Shown here: positions 1 to 10,576 of the stretch, piece by piece | Layout: each line of letters starts with the position of its first letter | Numbering within the stretch: position 1 is the first letter of the stretch | Source of the DNA: an uncultured Gammaproteobacteria bacterium | GTDB lineage: Bacteria; Pseudomonadota; Gammaproteobacteria; Xanthomonadales; SZUA-36 | Direction of reading: 5' to 3' | Length of the DNA stretch: 64,000 nucleotides | Assembly (NCBI GenBank): GCA_963727635.1 | Contig: CAVSHP010000024.1 | Location: 68,818 to 132,817 of the forward strand | Notes under the pieces: model-generated | The model's input: only the letters and a program-made list of their open reading frames with translations | Databases searched by the model: none | What the model was told of the DNA's origin: nothing | Made by a program: the position numbers and the translations under genes

Positions 1-1448
<1,448 letters not shown>

Positions 1449-1659
1449 GTTGTTTCCTTCAGAAAGTCAATCGGTGTTTATTGTGTATTTGGATAATATA
1501 CCAATTGTTCGATTTGCAAGATCTGTTCGCGTGATTTTCACTACGCGGGTCCGGGGACAGGCGCCTGGATTTGCAAGCGGGGTAGAACCTGCAGAATGTA
1601 TCCAAGCAGTTGTTAATGGATTAGTATGGATCAATCACATCGATTTGCGGGGTAATGAC

Positions 1660-1839
1660 ATGCCTTTCTGGAAGCGGGTCCTGATTTTGCTGGTAGCGGT
1701 GATGGTTGTCAGTTTTATTGCTGGTCTTATCTGGCATGCAGTGTTTAATGTTTACCTGCCGAGCTATATCTCCGGCATCGTTGGCGGACTTTCAGCGGTA
1801 TTTATCTGGGACCTGTTGAAAAAGTCACAATCGGATTAG
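1660..1839 (+). CDS. Hypothetical small membrane protein (59 aa)
   Basis: ATG-initiated sub-ORF of track ORF 1447..1839 (MPFWKRVLILLVAVMVVSF...). It has two hydrophobic helices. No homology recognised. Confidence 0.3.
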   Translation: MPFWKRVLILLVAVMVVSFIAGLIWHAVFNVYLPSYISGIVGGLSAVFIWDLLKKSQSD

Positions 1840-1913
1840 GGACGGGTTTCGTCCGCTTTGGCAACAGACAAACCTCCCGCGCCTTTTCATGCGAATGCCA
1901 AAGGGATACGGGT

Positions 1914-2858
1914 ATGACCGGAAAGCGGCTTTTTATTCACTCTGTTTTTCTGTGCCTGCTGCCAATCCTGGTTGCCTGGTTTGGAATTTCGGTAACGGGT
2001 GCGCTCTTGCTGGTTATCACCGCGCTCGCTTGGCGCTGGATGATTACCCTGAGCGGCATCATCTTCCCCGAGAAAACACCCGAGCTGGAACTTGAAACCA
2101 TTGCCGCCAGCCATTTTGTCGAAAAAGTCCGCTGGTGCATGGATCGTCTCGGTATCGACTACACGGAACGTCAGTGGGTTGGAGTTCTGGGGGTCTTTTC
2201 CATGGGCCGCTCGGTTCCGGAACTCAAGATCCGCACCGGACTGGTACGCTCAAAGATCGGTAATTCACCCGAAATTCTACGTTATCTGTGGGGCGCCTAC
2301 GCGGTTGGCCTGGGTGACAGGGCACGCTTCCTGGAACCGACTGAAGAGCGTCTGGCCATGGAGCAAAGACTCGACCGCTACGGCAGGGATCTGCAGGTCT
2401 GGGTCTATTATCATATTCTCGATGACCGGAAGTTGACGCAGCACGCATGGGGCTGCAACAGTTCTTCGATAGCCGCCTGGCAACGCTACCTCGTCATCGC
2501 CGTGTTTCCCGTTTTGCGCGTTCTGTTGCGCAAGGCATTCAGCATCACCGATGCCCATTACGCCAAAGCTGTAAAACACATCGAGGCCATCTTGGCGGAA
2601 ACCGACGCATTGCTCGGCGACGGCAGGGTTTCCATTCTTGGCGATGATTCGATCAACTATGTCGATATCACGTTTGCGTCATTTTCCGCTTTGTGGCTGC
2701 AACCGCCGGAATTCGGACGTGACAAGGCTGATGCCGTGCGGGTCGAGCGGCAGCGGGCGCCCGCGGCGATGCGGGCGGACATTGAACGCTGGATTGAAAC
2801 CTATCCGCGCGCGAGCGGGTTTGTCAGCGCGCTTTACCAGTCGGAACGCGTGCGCTGA
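1914..2858 (+). CDS. Membrane-anchored glutathione S-transferase-like protein
   Basis: 314-aa ORF. Two N-terminal TM helices are followed by a thioredoxin-like GST N-domain (ASHFVEKVRWCMDRLGIDYTE) and a GST C-domain-like segment (ILGDDSINYVDITFASFSALW). Confidence 0.55.
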   Translation: MTGKRLFIHSVFLCLLPILVAWFGISVTGALLLVITALAWRWMITLSGIIFPEKTPELELETIAASHFVEKVRWCMDRLGIDYTERQWVGVLGVFSMGRSVPELKIRTGLVRSKIGNSPEILRYLWGAYAVGLGDRARFLEPTEERLAMEQRLDRYGRDLQVWVYYHILDDRKLTQHAWGCNSSSIAAWQRYLVIAVFPVLRVLLRKAFSITDAHYAKAVKHIEAILAETDALLGDGRVSILGDDSINYVDITFASFSALWLQPPEFGRDKADAVRVERQRAPAAMRADIERWIETYPRASGFVSALYQSERVR

Positions 2859-2870
2859 TCAAAACTTTCG

Positions 2871-3506
2871 TCAGGTACTTGCCCTGACAGCGGCTATACA
2901 CTGCGCGGCGCGTTCCTCGATGGCGTCCCAGCGTCCTGCGGCGATGTCCGCGGGCACGAACAGGGGCGTCACAAATCCGGCGGCATACGCGCCAGCCGCG
3001 ATCCACGCCCCGGCGTTGTGCTGATCTACCCCATTGGTGGGCACGATCTTCAACCACGGCATCGGCCCGAGCACGGCGCGTACCCAGTCGGGACCACCAT
3101 TGGGGCTTGGGAAAAGCTTGCAAAGCTGGGCGCCGGCGCGGTGCGCGCGTAACATTTCCGTCGGCGTATGGGTGCCGGGCATGCAGGCCACACCGAGCTC
3201 GTTCGCTGCCTCAATGACCACTTCGTCGACGACGGGTGAAACGAGAAAACGGGCGCCGGCTTCCACAGACTGCCGGGCTTCATCAGCATTCATGACCGTA
3301 CCGGTGCCAACCACCAGGCCTTCGCGTCGGGAAAAATCCTGCACCAGATCAAAGACGCCCGGAATGGTCAGTGTGAATTCGATGATGCGGAATCCGCCAC
3401 GTATGGCAGCCTCCATCGCTTGCGCAGCTTTTTCCTGATCATTGGTGCGTAATATCGCGCTGGCTTTGTCGCGGCCGAATTGTTCGACGAAGACTTCTGG
3501 GGTCAC
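2871..3506 (-). CDS. eda: 2-dehydro-3-deoxyphosphogluconate (KDPG) / 4-hydroxy-2-oxoglutarate aldolase
   Basis: 211-aa ORF with the typical Eda sequence: EFTLTIPGV...VVGTGTVMN...FLVSPVVDEVV...PGTHTPTEM...KLFPS. Confidence 0.9.
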   Translation of the reverse strand: MTPEVFVEQFGRDKASAILRTNDQEKAAQAMEAAIRGGFRIIEFTLTIPGVFDLVQDFSRREGLVVGTGTVMNADEARQSVEAGARFLVSPVVDEVVIEAANELGVACMPGTHTPTEMLRAHRAGAQLCKLFPSPNGGPDWVRAVLGPMPWLKIVPTNGVDQHNAGAWIAAGAYAAGFVTPLFVPADIAAGRWDAIEERAAQCIAAVRAST

Positions 3507-3657
3507 GGAATCTGCTCCTGCTGATGGCTGCTCGAAGAACGGATGGTAACCGTAAAGGGCGGTTTTTTACAGCGAAGACAGGCGCAAAACCGCGAAGATT
3601 TTTCGGTTGTCTCCCGCTGCTGTCTTACCTAATCTGGTGAGGAGGGGAAGTTGGAAC

Positions 3658-3744
3658 GTGTGGTTTTTACCAGGACACGGCACAAGTACATCCCTGTAGC
3701 CTCGGACTCGGCTTCCTGCCTCGTACGGTCCTGGTAATAACCAC
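3658..3744. repeat. Palindromic repeat element, copy A (conserved core CTCGGACTCGGCTTCCTGCCTCGTACGGTCCTG flanked by 17-bp inverted arms); possible outer extension 3644..3767
   Basis: The same core recurs at 5041..5073 and, reverse-complemented, at 5177..5205. Arms GTGGTTTTTACCAGGAC / GTCCTGGTAATAACCAC are near-perfect inverted repeats. Confidence 0.7.
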
Positions 3745-3913
3745 CCACCCCAGCTTCAACTGACCCCCGTGCCAACCCGTTAGAAACCATTGACCCATGA
3801 TTTAACACGCAGATAAGGAGCCAATGTCCGATTGTGGTCACCATTTTTGACATGTCGCGTCCCGGCAACTCTCCGGTTTAGCGTTTCGCCTTTACTGTAG
3901 GGTTGGGACTACA

Positions 3914-4708
3914 TTAGTTTTGTCCATCCAGGAACAACAACGCCTCGGTCAGGTATGTTGCATCCGGAAGTCGGTGTGCCATGCCTGGCACGATGATGAG
4001 CCTTGTATGTTCGGCCCCGGCTTCGATGTAGCGCTTTTGTATGCGCCGGGTTTGCATGCGATTGAAGTCCCTCGTCCCTGACAGGAACACAAACCTGTTC
4101 TTGAGCACACGGTCGACATTTGGCGTGTTCTTTTCCTTCCAGAAATAAACCCCGCAGATGTAGAGCGCGCCTGAATATACTTCCGGATACTGGCTCGCCA
4201 GCAGGCTGGCCACCTTGCCGCCACCGGAAAAGCCGGATACGTAGATGCGCCCGGTATTAAAGACGTACTGTTGCGCCAGCGCCTGGACCGCGAGGTTTGC
4301 CATTACCATCCGGCGAATCGTCCGTATCTCGTTGCCCACATCGTTGGCGGAGATATAGATCAGGTTTTGCTGGTCCATGACTTCACGCCAGCGGGGGTCG
4401 ATTTCCCCCGTGTCCATCGGGCTGACGTAAACCAGCACGCCGGGTTTTTCTGTCGAGTCGGTTTTCGGCAGATAAACCTGCCAACTGATGGTCTTGTCAG
4501 GCGGTAGTATCTGCCTGTATTGGTCTGCCATCTGTTCACCGAGAAGAAGGTCGGGTGTTGTCTGTAATTTCAGGTCATGGGCGGTGGGCGGGGCTTCGGC
4601 GATTGCTTCTCCGGCCGGCATAAATACAAAGCACATACAGATGATTGCCCGGATAAATCCAGCCCGGCTTTGAATCCGCAATTCATCGGTAGTGCTTTTC
4701 AACATCAA
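3914..4708 (-). CDS. Secreted alpha/beta-hydrolase (esterase/depolymerase-like)
   Basis: 264-aa ORF with an N-terminal hydrophobic signal and GFSGGG nucleophile-elbow motif (GxSxG), plus a downstream His. Exact family not resolved. Confidence 0.6.
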   Translation of the reverse strand: MMLKSTTDELRIQSRAGFIRAIICMCFVFMPAGEAIAEAPPTAHDLKLQTTPDLLLGEQMADQYRQILPPDKTISWQVYLPKTDSTEKPGVLVYVSPMDTGEIDPRWREVMDQQNLIYISANDVGNEIRTIRRMVMANLAVQALAQQYVFNTGRIYVSGFSGGGKVASLLASQYPEVYSGALYICGVYFWKEKNTPNVDRVLKNRFVFLSGTRDFNRMQTRRIQKRYIEAGAEHTRLIIVPGMAHRLPDATYLTEALLFLDGQN

Positions 4709-4986
4709 GGATTTGTACCTCCGTTCTTTCCAATTCTATGCCAATTGAAACCACGGATACCTCTCGCTTCATCCAGTGAAGCCGGGTATTGATCGATTTA
4801 TGTATTCAATCCCAGTGCTGCCCACTTGATCGAAATTCCCCATGCTCAAGTAAAGTAAAGGCTCCAAACCAGTTTGCTTGGTGTGAACCACACTTGGACC
4901 TTGTTTCGATTTCAGCGTGGGCGCCAGGGCCATGTAGCATCTTACTTCAGGACTTTTTTGCCGGTTTCTATTGATCAGTGTGGAAG

Positions 4987-5096
4987 CCTAGGGGGTGTGG
5001 TGTCTTGTTTCAGGACACGCTCAAGCACATCCTGTGTCGCTCGGACTCGGCTTCCTGCCTCGTACGGTCCTGAAACAAGACACCACACCCCCTAGG
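4987..5096. repeat. Palindromic repeat element, copy B (perfect 30-bp inverted arms around the conserved core)
   Basis: CCTAGGGGGTGTGGTGTCTTGTTTCAGGAC (4987..5016) is the exact reverse complement of 5067..5096. The core is shared with copies A and C. Confidence 0.8.
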
Positions 5097-5153
5097 CTTT
5101 GTGCGAACGCATAGGTCAATGGTTTCTGACAGGTTTGCACGGCGTATGACGGA

Positions 5154-5260
5154 CTCTGGGGTGGGTAGTTGATTCCAGGACCGTACGAGGCAGGAAGCCG
5201 AGTATCGAGGCCCCAGGGAAGGCTTGCGCCGAGTCCTGGAACCAACTACCCACCCCAGAG
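5154..5260. repeat. Palindromic repeat element, copy C (inverted orientation; 28-bp arms, 1 mismatch)
   Basis: Arms CTCTGGGGTGGGTAGTTGATTCCAGGAC / GTCCTGGAACCAACTACCCACCCCAGAG. The core is reverse-complemented relative to A and B. Confidence 0.8.
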
Positions 5261-5449
5261 TCCCCCACCGGCAGACTAAGTGGGACAGCAGTGATTCGAA
5301 CCCGATCTGAAGGAACCCTGCAATTCCGTTTTGACGGGGTATGAGGCAGTTATCAATGCCACATAAAAAATCGTCATGAAAGGCATCAGCCAAAGAAAGG
5401 CGCCTGTGTACGCGCCTTTTCAATATCAAAACCGGGTAGGTCGGGAATC

Positions 5450-6160
5450 TCAGTTTTTACCCTTTATTTTGTCCCAAAGCCCCTTGGCCTTTTTTTCGAT
5501 CACCTTATTCAGGCCCTCCTTTGCCGCTGACTTGATGACGGCGGTAACCAGTTTGCCAGTGATTTCCTTTGCAACGACATCGGCGGTTACACCACCCTGT
5601 GTGCTGCCAATACCGGTAATTTTGACCGTCGGCAAATCGATTTCCATGACCTCGCCGGGTTTGAGTGCCGTACTGGCTTTGACATGTCCGCCACTGAACA
5701 CGAAACTTTCGATGACCATTTTTGTTTGTTCTCCCGGGGCGCCGGAAGCACTGTCAGATGGACCGCTGTCGATATTGTTCAACAGGGTCTGCATATTGCT
5801 CCCACCGTTCGCGTTTCCTTCAAGAACTACCTTGGGGTTTTCGACCTTGATGGACTCTATTACCAGCACATCCTGGCTCATTGAAGCCAGGTCAAGATCA
5901 ACCCCGATACCCGCCAACTCGAAAAGGTTTGCACGCGACCAGCCTTCCGGGTTTGCTACGGTCAGGCCGGCAATCACTGCCTTACCCGCTTTCAGGTCAA
6001 TCGAAACACCGGAAACACTGACCTTTGTTTTCAGTACATCCGAGCCGACATTTTCAATCGTGTCGGCGACGATGCCATCCAGGTTTGCGGCAACTCTCCA
6101 TACCAGGATGGCAAGCACCAGTACAACGATACCCAAAATGATCAATATGTTTTTTTTCAT
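5450..6160 (-). CDS. Hypothetical membrane-anchored periplasmic protein
   Basis: 236-aa ORF. An N-terminal TM helix (ILIILGIVVLVLAILVW) is followed by a Gly/Val/Ser-rich beta-type domain. No confident family call. Confidence 0.5.
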   Translation of the reverse strand: MKKNILIILGIVVLVLAILVWRVAANLDGIVADTIENVGSDVLKTKVSVSGVSIDLKAGKAVIAGLTVANPEGWSRANLFELAGIGVDLDLASMSQDVLVIESIKVENPKVVLEGNANGGSNMQTLLNNIDSGPSDSASGAPGEQTKMVIESFVFSGGHVKASTALKPGEVMEIDLPTVKITGIGSTQGGVTADVVAKEITGKLVTAVIKSAAKEGLNKVIEKKAKGLWDKIKGKN

Positions 6161-6385
6161 GATCTCAAGGAACTCCGGATTTTCAGAATTGAAAACGAAT
6201 ATTTTAATCCATCCGGATTTCGGCGGGTAACACCATAGGTCCTGGCTTTACCGGCAAGTGTGTGTTGATTCGCGCTGGATCGTGCGAATCTATGCCAGAT
6301 TTCCACGACCAAAAATGTTCCGGCGGGCAGGGATTTATAGCCTCAAAGCATAGTAAAATCGGGGCAACAAAGAAGGGACTCCATC

Positions 6386-7699
6386 ATGAATCGAACCGTT
6401 GCGGTTTTTATGTTGACGTATGCCGCTTTCAATTCAGGAAACGCCGATTCCGACTATTACGACAGCGTGGATAAATCTTCTCCACAGGCGATGCGCGTTT
6501 CACTTCACGAGATCATCGACGATCACACCCGTTTCCCATATACATCAGACGCAACGGACACGTGGGATGTCCTCGAGATGGCTGATGAAGACCAGGATAA
6601 TCCTGACAACATCATTACCATCTACCACAACACATCGTTTGTGAAATTACATGGTGGCAATAACTTCTATGACCGTGAACATGCCTGGCCCAAATCATAT
6701 GGATTTCCCGACAACGGACCCGCACTAAATTACCCGTACACCGATATGCACCACCTGTTTCTGTCTGACATCGATTACAACTTTAACCGCTCGAATAAAC
6801 CCTATGACAACTGTGGGGCAGGTTGCATTGAGTTTGTGACACAGGACAACAATGGCAGGGGCGGTGTTGGCGGAGCGTATCCGGGCGACTCCAACTGGAC
6901 TGATGGGGCTTACACCGAAGGGGCATGGGAGACCTGGGCGGGACGCCGTGGAGATGTGGCCCGAGCCCTGATGTACATGGATGTGCGCTATGAAGGCGGC
7001 ACACATGGTATTACCGGTAGTCCAGAACCCGACCTCATACTGACCGATGACCGGAGCCTGATGGATAAATCGAACACGGGTGAGAACGAGGCAGTCGGAT
7101 ACATGGGTTTGTTGTCTGTGTTGCTGCAATGGCACCGCGAAGACCCCGTCGACCTCGTTGAAATGAGACACCATGAGACGGTCGCTGCCTTCCAGGGTAA
7201 CCGGAACCCTTTTATAGACCATCCCGAGTGGGTGGCGTGTGTGTTTGAAAATGACTGCCCGAAATTCCACATCAACGCCGGCTTGAATGATGCCTGGTAC
7301 AATCCTGCAACCAGCGGCCAGGGTTTTTTTATCACGGTTTTCCCGAACCTTGGCGTCGTCTCACTTGCCTGGTTTACTTATGACACGTCACTTCCGGCAG
7401 AGGGTGCACAAGCGAATCTGGGTGACCCGGGTCATCGCTGGATAACGGCCATTGGGCCGATTACCGGGAACCAGGTAGTTATGAATATTGAGATAACTTC
7501 TGGCGGTCTTTTCGATACACAAAGTGAAGTTCAGCGCACCGAACCGGAAGGTTCGGATGGAACCATCACACTGACCTTTGAGAATTGTAATTCAGCCATC
7601 GTTGAATATGACATTACATCAATCAGGCGACAGGGCAGCGTACCGATCCGACGTGTTGCCAACGACAATATCGCCTTGTGCGAGACTATGGGCGATTGA
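6386..7699 (+). CDS. Extracellular endonuclease I family nuclease (EndA/Vvn-like) with ~170-aa C-terminal extension
   Basis: Motifs REHAWPKSYGF and GNRNPFIDHPEW are characteristic of periplasmic/extracellular Endonuclease I (established family motifs). Stop codon TGA at 7697..7699. Confidence 0.75.
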   Translation: MNRTVAVFMLTYAAFNSGNADSDYYDSVDKSSPQAMRVSLHEIIDDHTRFPYTSDATDTWDVLEMADEDQDNPDNIITIYHNTSFVKLHGGNNFYDREHAWPKSYGFPDNGPALNYPYTDMHHLFLSDIDYNFNRSNKPYDNCGAGCIEFVTQDNNGRGGVGGAYPGDSNWTDGAYTEGAWETWAGRRGDVARALMYMDVRYEGGTHGITGSPEPDLILTDDRSLMDKSNTGENEAVGYMGLLSVLLQWHREDPVDLVEMRHHETVAAFQGNRNPFIDHPEWVACVFENDCPKFHINAGLNDAWYNPATSGQGFFITVFPNLGVVSLAWFTYDTSLPAEGAQANLGDPGHRWITAIGPITGNQVVMNIEITSGGLFDTQSEVQRTEPEGSDGTITLTFENCNSAIVEYDITSIRRQGSVPIRRVANDNIALCETMGD

Positions 7700-7716
7700 A
7701 CATCCGGACTAAGTTT

Positions 7717-8547
7717 ATGAAATTGATTGCCTCATTGCTCGTGTTGATCGTCACCCTGTCCGCATACGGAGACGCCCGTGCCGACAACCTGGATCCGCGT
7801 TTGCTGCAATCCCTTGGCGACGTGAAGTACCACGAGTTGAAATCGACAAAGCTGGGACGCTCGTTGCACATCTTTGTCGACCTGCCTGAGGGCTACCACG
7901 AGTCGGACCAGGCCTACCCGACGATTTACCTGCTCGATGGCGGGGATACATTTCCACTGATGGCCGCGCAACATCACTACCTGCGTTTTGGCAATGAAAC
8001 CCCGGCGGCCATACTGGTCGGCATATCCTACGGCGCCGATACGTTCAAAGAGGGCAACTGGCGTCTGACGGACTATACCGCGCCAGCGCAAGACTTCAAA
8101 TTCTGGGGCGGCGCGGTGGTCTTCCAGTCCGTATTGGAGGATGAACTCCTGCCGTTGATCGAAGCCACCTACCGGTCCGATCCGTCACGCAGGATATTGT
8201 TCGGGCACTCGATCGGCGGACAGTTTGTGCTTTTCAATGCGCTGACAAAACCCGAACTATTTTTTGGCCACATTGCCAGCAATCCGGCGTTACAACACAA
8301 TTTGGCCTTCTTCCTGGAGTGGCATGGCGATGCGGAGATAAAGGTGCCGGTCAGCAGGCTATTCGTGGCCAGCAGCGAGTTTGACGACCCGGAAATACGC
8401 AGGTCCACGCTGGAGTGGATCAGTCACTGGCAGCCGGTAACTCCAAAACCGTGGATTCTCGAGACACGCACACTCGCAGGCCAGACCCATTTATCCTCGA
8501 CGCCCGAAGCATTCCGGCTGGGTCTGGCCTGGTTGTTTGCCGAATAG
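7717..8547 (+). CDS. Esterase family alpha/beta hydrolase (enterochelin-esterase-like)
   Basis: ATG at 7717 (MKLIASLLVLIV signal) lies within track ORF 7678..8547. FGHSIGG nucleophile motif. Putative esterase family fold. Confidence 0.7.
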   Translation: MKLIASLLVLIVTLSAYGDARADNLDPRLLQSLGDVKYHELKSTKLGRSLHIFVDLPEGYHESDQAYPTIYLLDGGDTFPLMAAQHHYLRFGNETPAAILVGISYGADTFKEGNWRLTDYTAPAQDFKFWGGAVVFQSVLEDELLPLIEATYRSDPSRRILFGHSIGGQFVLFNALTKPELFFGHIASNPALQHNLAFFLEWHGDAEIKVPVSRLFVASSEFDDPEIRRSTLEWISHWQPVTPKPWILETRTLAGQTHLSSTPEAFRLGLAWLFAE

Positions 8548-8556
8548 AAGGGTCGT

Positions 8557-9732
8557 TTAGTCGAGACCCTTGTCGTCCTGATCGACCGTTGCCGGTTCTT
8601 CGGGGGCCTGGCCCAACTCTTCAATTGTCACCGTGCCCGTTTTATTCTCGGCCCGCTTTTGATTGAGTTCATTCAGATGCTGGATCATCTCCGGGGTATA
8701 ACGGCTTGTGCTCATAGACTTGGATGTCAGTGATGCAGAACTGTTACCGGCTACGGCGCCATCCAGGGCGGCGCTGTTGTTGGCGAGACTGCCGCCCAGG
8801 TTACGGGTGGTGCCATACAGATCGGTGATGGTCCAGTCTTCGATATCCGCATCAATCCGGGTCGCTTTCTGCAAATCGTCGTGTTCATCACCTTCGAGGT
8901 AGGTCAACAGGTGTGCGGTCAGGTCGGTATCAAAGTCCGGGAAATACTTTGCATTGCGTTGATAAAAACCCGATACCCGGAACACACGTTTGTTTTTGCT
9001 TTCAGTGCCGCGGTTTGAATTGACGAATTCCAGGGCATTTTCAATCAGGTCGTTATAGACATGTTTTCCGGTATAGGCATTTTTGCGAATATTCGGTCCG
9101 CCGATGACGCCCTGGTACAAGCCGTATATGACCAATGGGTTATTGTCATAATTCTGCCACAGAATATTGAACTGGATGTCATCCAGGCTGAGTGGAACAC
9201 CCGCAATGACCAGCGTTTTCTTTGCCAGGATGGAATCCTGTCCCATCAGCAGGTCTTCGAGTTCAGGCTTGGGATAAACCCTGACGATTTCATCGAGTAT
9301 GGTGACGTTGTACAGGTTCAGCCAGTAGGCCAGTTGTTCATCGCGGGAAAATTTCTGGAGCGGCACGACCGATGGAATATTTTCCAGCCTGGTACGGATT
9401 CTGTGCAGTGTCTGCTGGTTATCCGGGTTGTTTTCAAATACTTCGTAATAGAACCGGTTACCCTCATTTATCGTTGCACGGTTTACCTTGATCTTCATGC
9501 GGGTACCCGTCTGGGAGTGGATAGGGTCGGCTTTCTTACGGTCGGACCTGCCCGTGTTCAGCACCACGGTGTCGAGCAGGGAGTCGAGATCCCGGTAATC
9601 AATGGTCAGCTTGGAATCGGCATCGAAGCGCTGGAAAGGATCCGGCACGGTGGTGTCGAGACTGTTTGCCAGCGCATTGAGTGAAAATATTCCACAGACA
9701 AGAAATAAAACTAATAAATTATGCTTTTTCAT
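8557..9732 (-). CDS. DUF547 domain secreted protein
   Basis: Internal start MKKHNLLVLFLV (signal peptide). AYWLNLYNVTIL resembles the DUF547 signature (AFWINaYN). Confidence 0.6.
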   Translation of the reverse strand: MKKHNLLVLFLVCGIFSLNALANSLDTTVPDPFQRFDADSKLTIDYRDLDSLLDTVVLNTGRSDRKKADPIHSQTGTRMKIKVNRATINEGNRFYYEVFENNPDNQQTLHRIRTRLENIPSVVPLQKFSRDEQLAYWLNLYNVTILDEIVRVYPKPELEDLLMGQDSILAKKTLVIAGVPLSLDDIQFNILWQNYDNNPLVIYGLYQGVIGGPNIRKNAYTGKHVYNDLIENALEFVNSNRGTESKNKRVFRVSGFYQRNAKYFPDFDTDLTAHLLTYLEGDEHDDLQKATRIDADIEDWTITDLYGTTRNLGGSLANNSAALDGAVAGNSSASLTSKSMSTSRYTPEMIQHLNELNQKRAENKTGTVTIEELGQAPEEPATVDQDDKGLD

Positions 9733-9936
9733 GATTGCCCCATGACTCCAGTTCATTTGACATCAATCTGACCTTGCGATGAGTTTAATTTATTTCCCAA
9801 CTGTACGTATGTGCAGGAAGACACAAGTGTTTTTAAGCCGGGGCACAAATATTTACGCGAAAATACAGAACGATACGTATGGGACGCCTCGATAAAAGCC
9901 GGCCATTCAGCTAGCCCGGGTGAGCGTTGCCGGGGT

Positions 9937-10356
9937 TCAGGTCCGGCTAAATTTGAAGGCAAACAAGGGCAAAACCAGTATCCAAATCAGGAACACCAGC
10001 CACACCCTGCCACTGAACAGGTCATAGTCAGCGAACAGTCGGCTCCATGGATGGCCCGCGACAAAGTGGCCGAAGCCAAATTCAAATGCAACGGTCATAA
10101 TGAGCCAGATGGTACCGATCAGCCAGGCCTGACGGACGGACTCAATCGGCCAGAAACGATGCAGCCAGAAAACCAGGACACCCGTAAACACGATGCCGGT
10201 CAGTGTGGATATCTGGTGCGCCGCGAGACCGGAAACCATCTTGCCGTAGGTGCTTTCGCGGAGTATTCCATTGGCGACGGCTACCAACGCCAATAGCAGC
10301 CAGAACAACATATATCGGATGAGCATAACCTGATCCTTGACGGTGTTTCTAAACAA
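9937..10356 (-). CDS. Hypothetical polytopic membrane protein
   Basis: 139-aa ORF with about four hydrophobic helices. Alternative starts are at 10326 and 10311. No homology recognised. Confidence 0.45.
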   Translation of the reverse strand: MFRNTVKDQVMLIRYMLFWLLLALVAVANGILRESTYGKMVSGLAAHQISTLTGIVFTGVLVFWLHRFWPIESVRQAWLIGTIWLIMTVAFEFGFGHFVAGHPWSRLFADYDLFSGRVWLVFLIWILVLPLFAFKFSRT

Positions 10357-10576
10357 ATGGGGCCTGATGCGCTAGCGCCCACCTTGAATGATATTTGATT
10401 TTAAGGCTGGTAACGACATTCATTGACCACCGCGATGTCGCCGCTGGGAACAACAAATGCCAGGCCCAGGGACACGCGCAATTTAAGGACAGGTCAAGTG
10501 CTCGTACTTTATACTTCACCAGGATGCAGAATGCCGACCGAAGCGATAAAAACACACCCGCAACAAGGGGACAATT

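Larger units (their letters stand above)
4814..5293. mobile_element. Composite MITE: nonautonomous element with IS4-type terminal inverted repeats (TIRs), carrying a ~290-bp internal insert that contains two palindromic repeat elements
   Basis: Left end CAGTGCTGCCCACTTGA (4814..4830) and right end CTAAGTGGGACAGCAGTG (5276..5293) match the TIRs of the IS at 36666..37940. The first ~145 bp is ~75% identical to the MITE at 16927..17120. Confidence 0.7.

Noticed and set aside
3629-3868. 79-aa ORF (and 139-aa ORF 5010..5429, 74-aa ORF 5021..5245) sharing a QDRTRQEAESE peptide
   Set aside because: They are translations of the palindromic repeat core on one strand. They have no start context and overlap inverted repeats, so they are repeat artefacts.
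9061-9684. 207-aa plus-strand ORF
   Set aside because: It is antisense to the DUF547 gene, with low-complexity translation.
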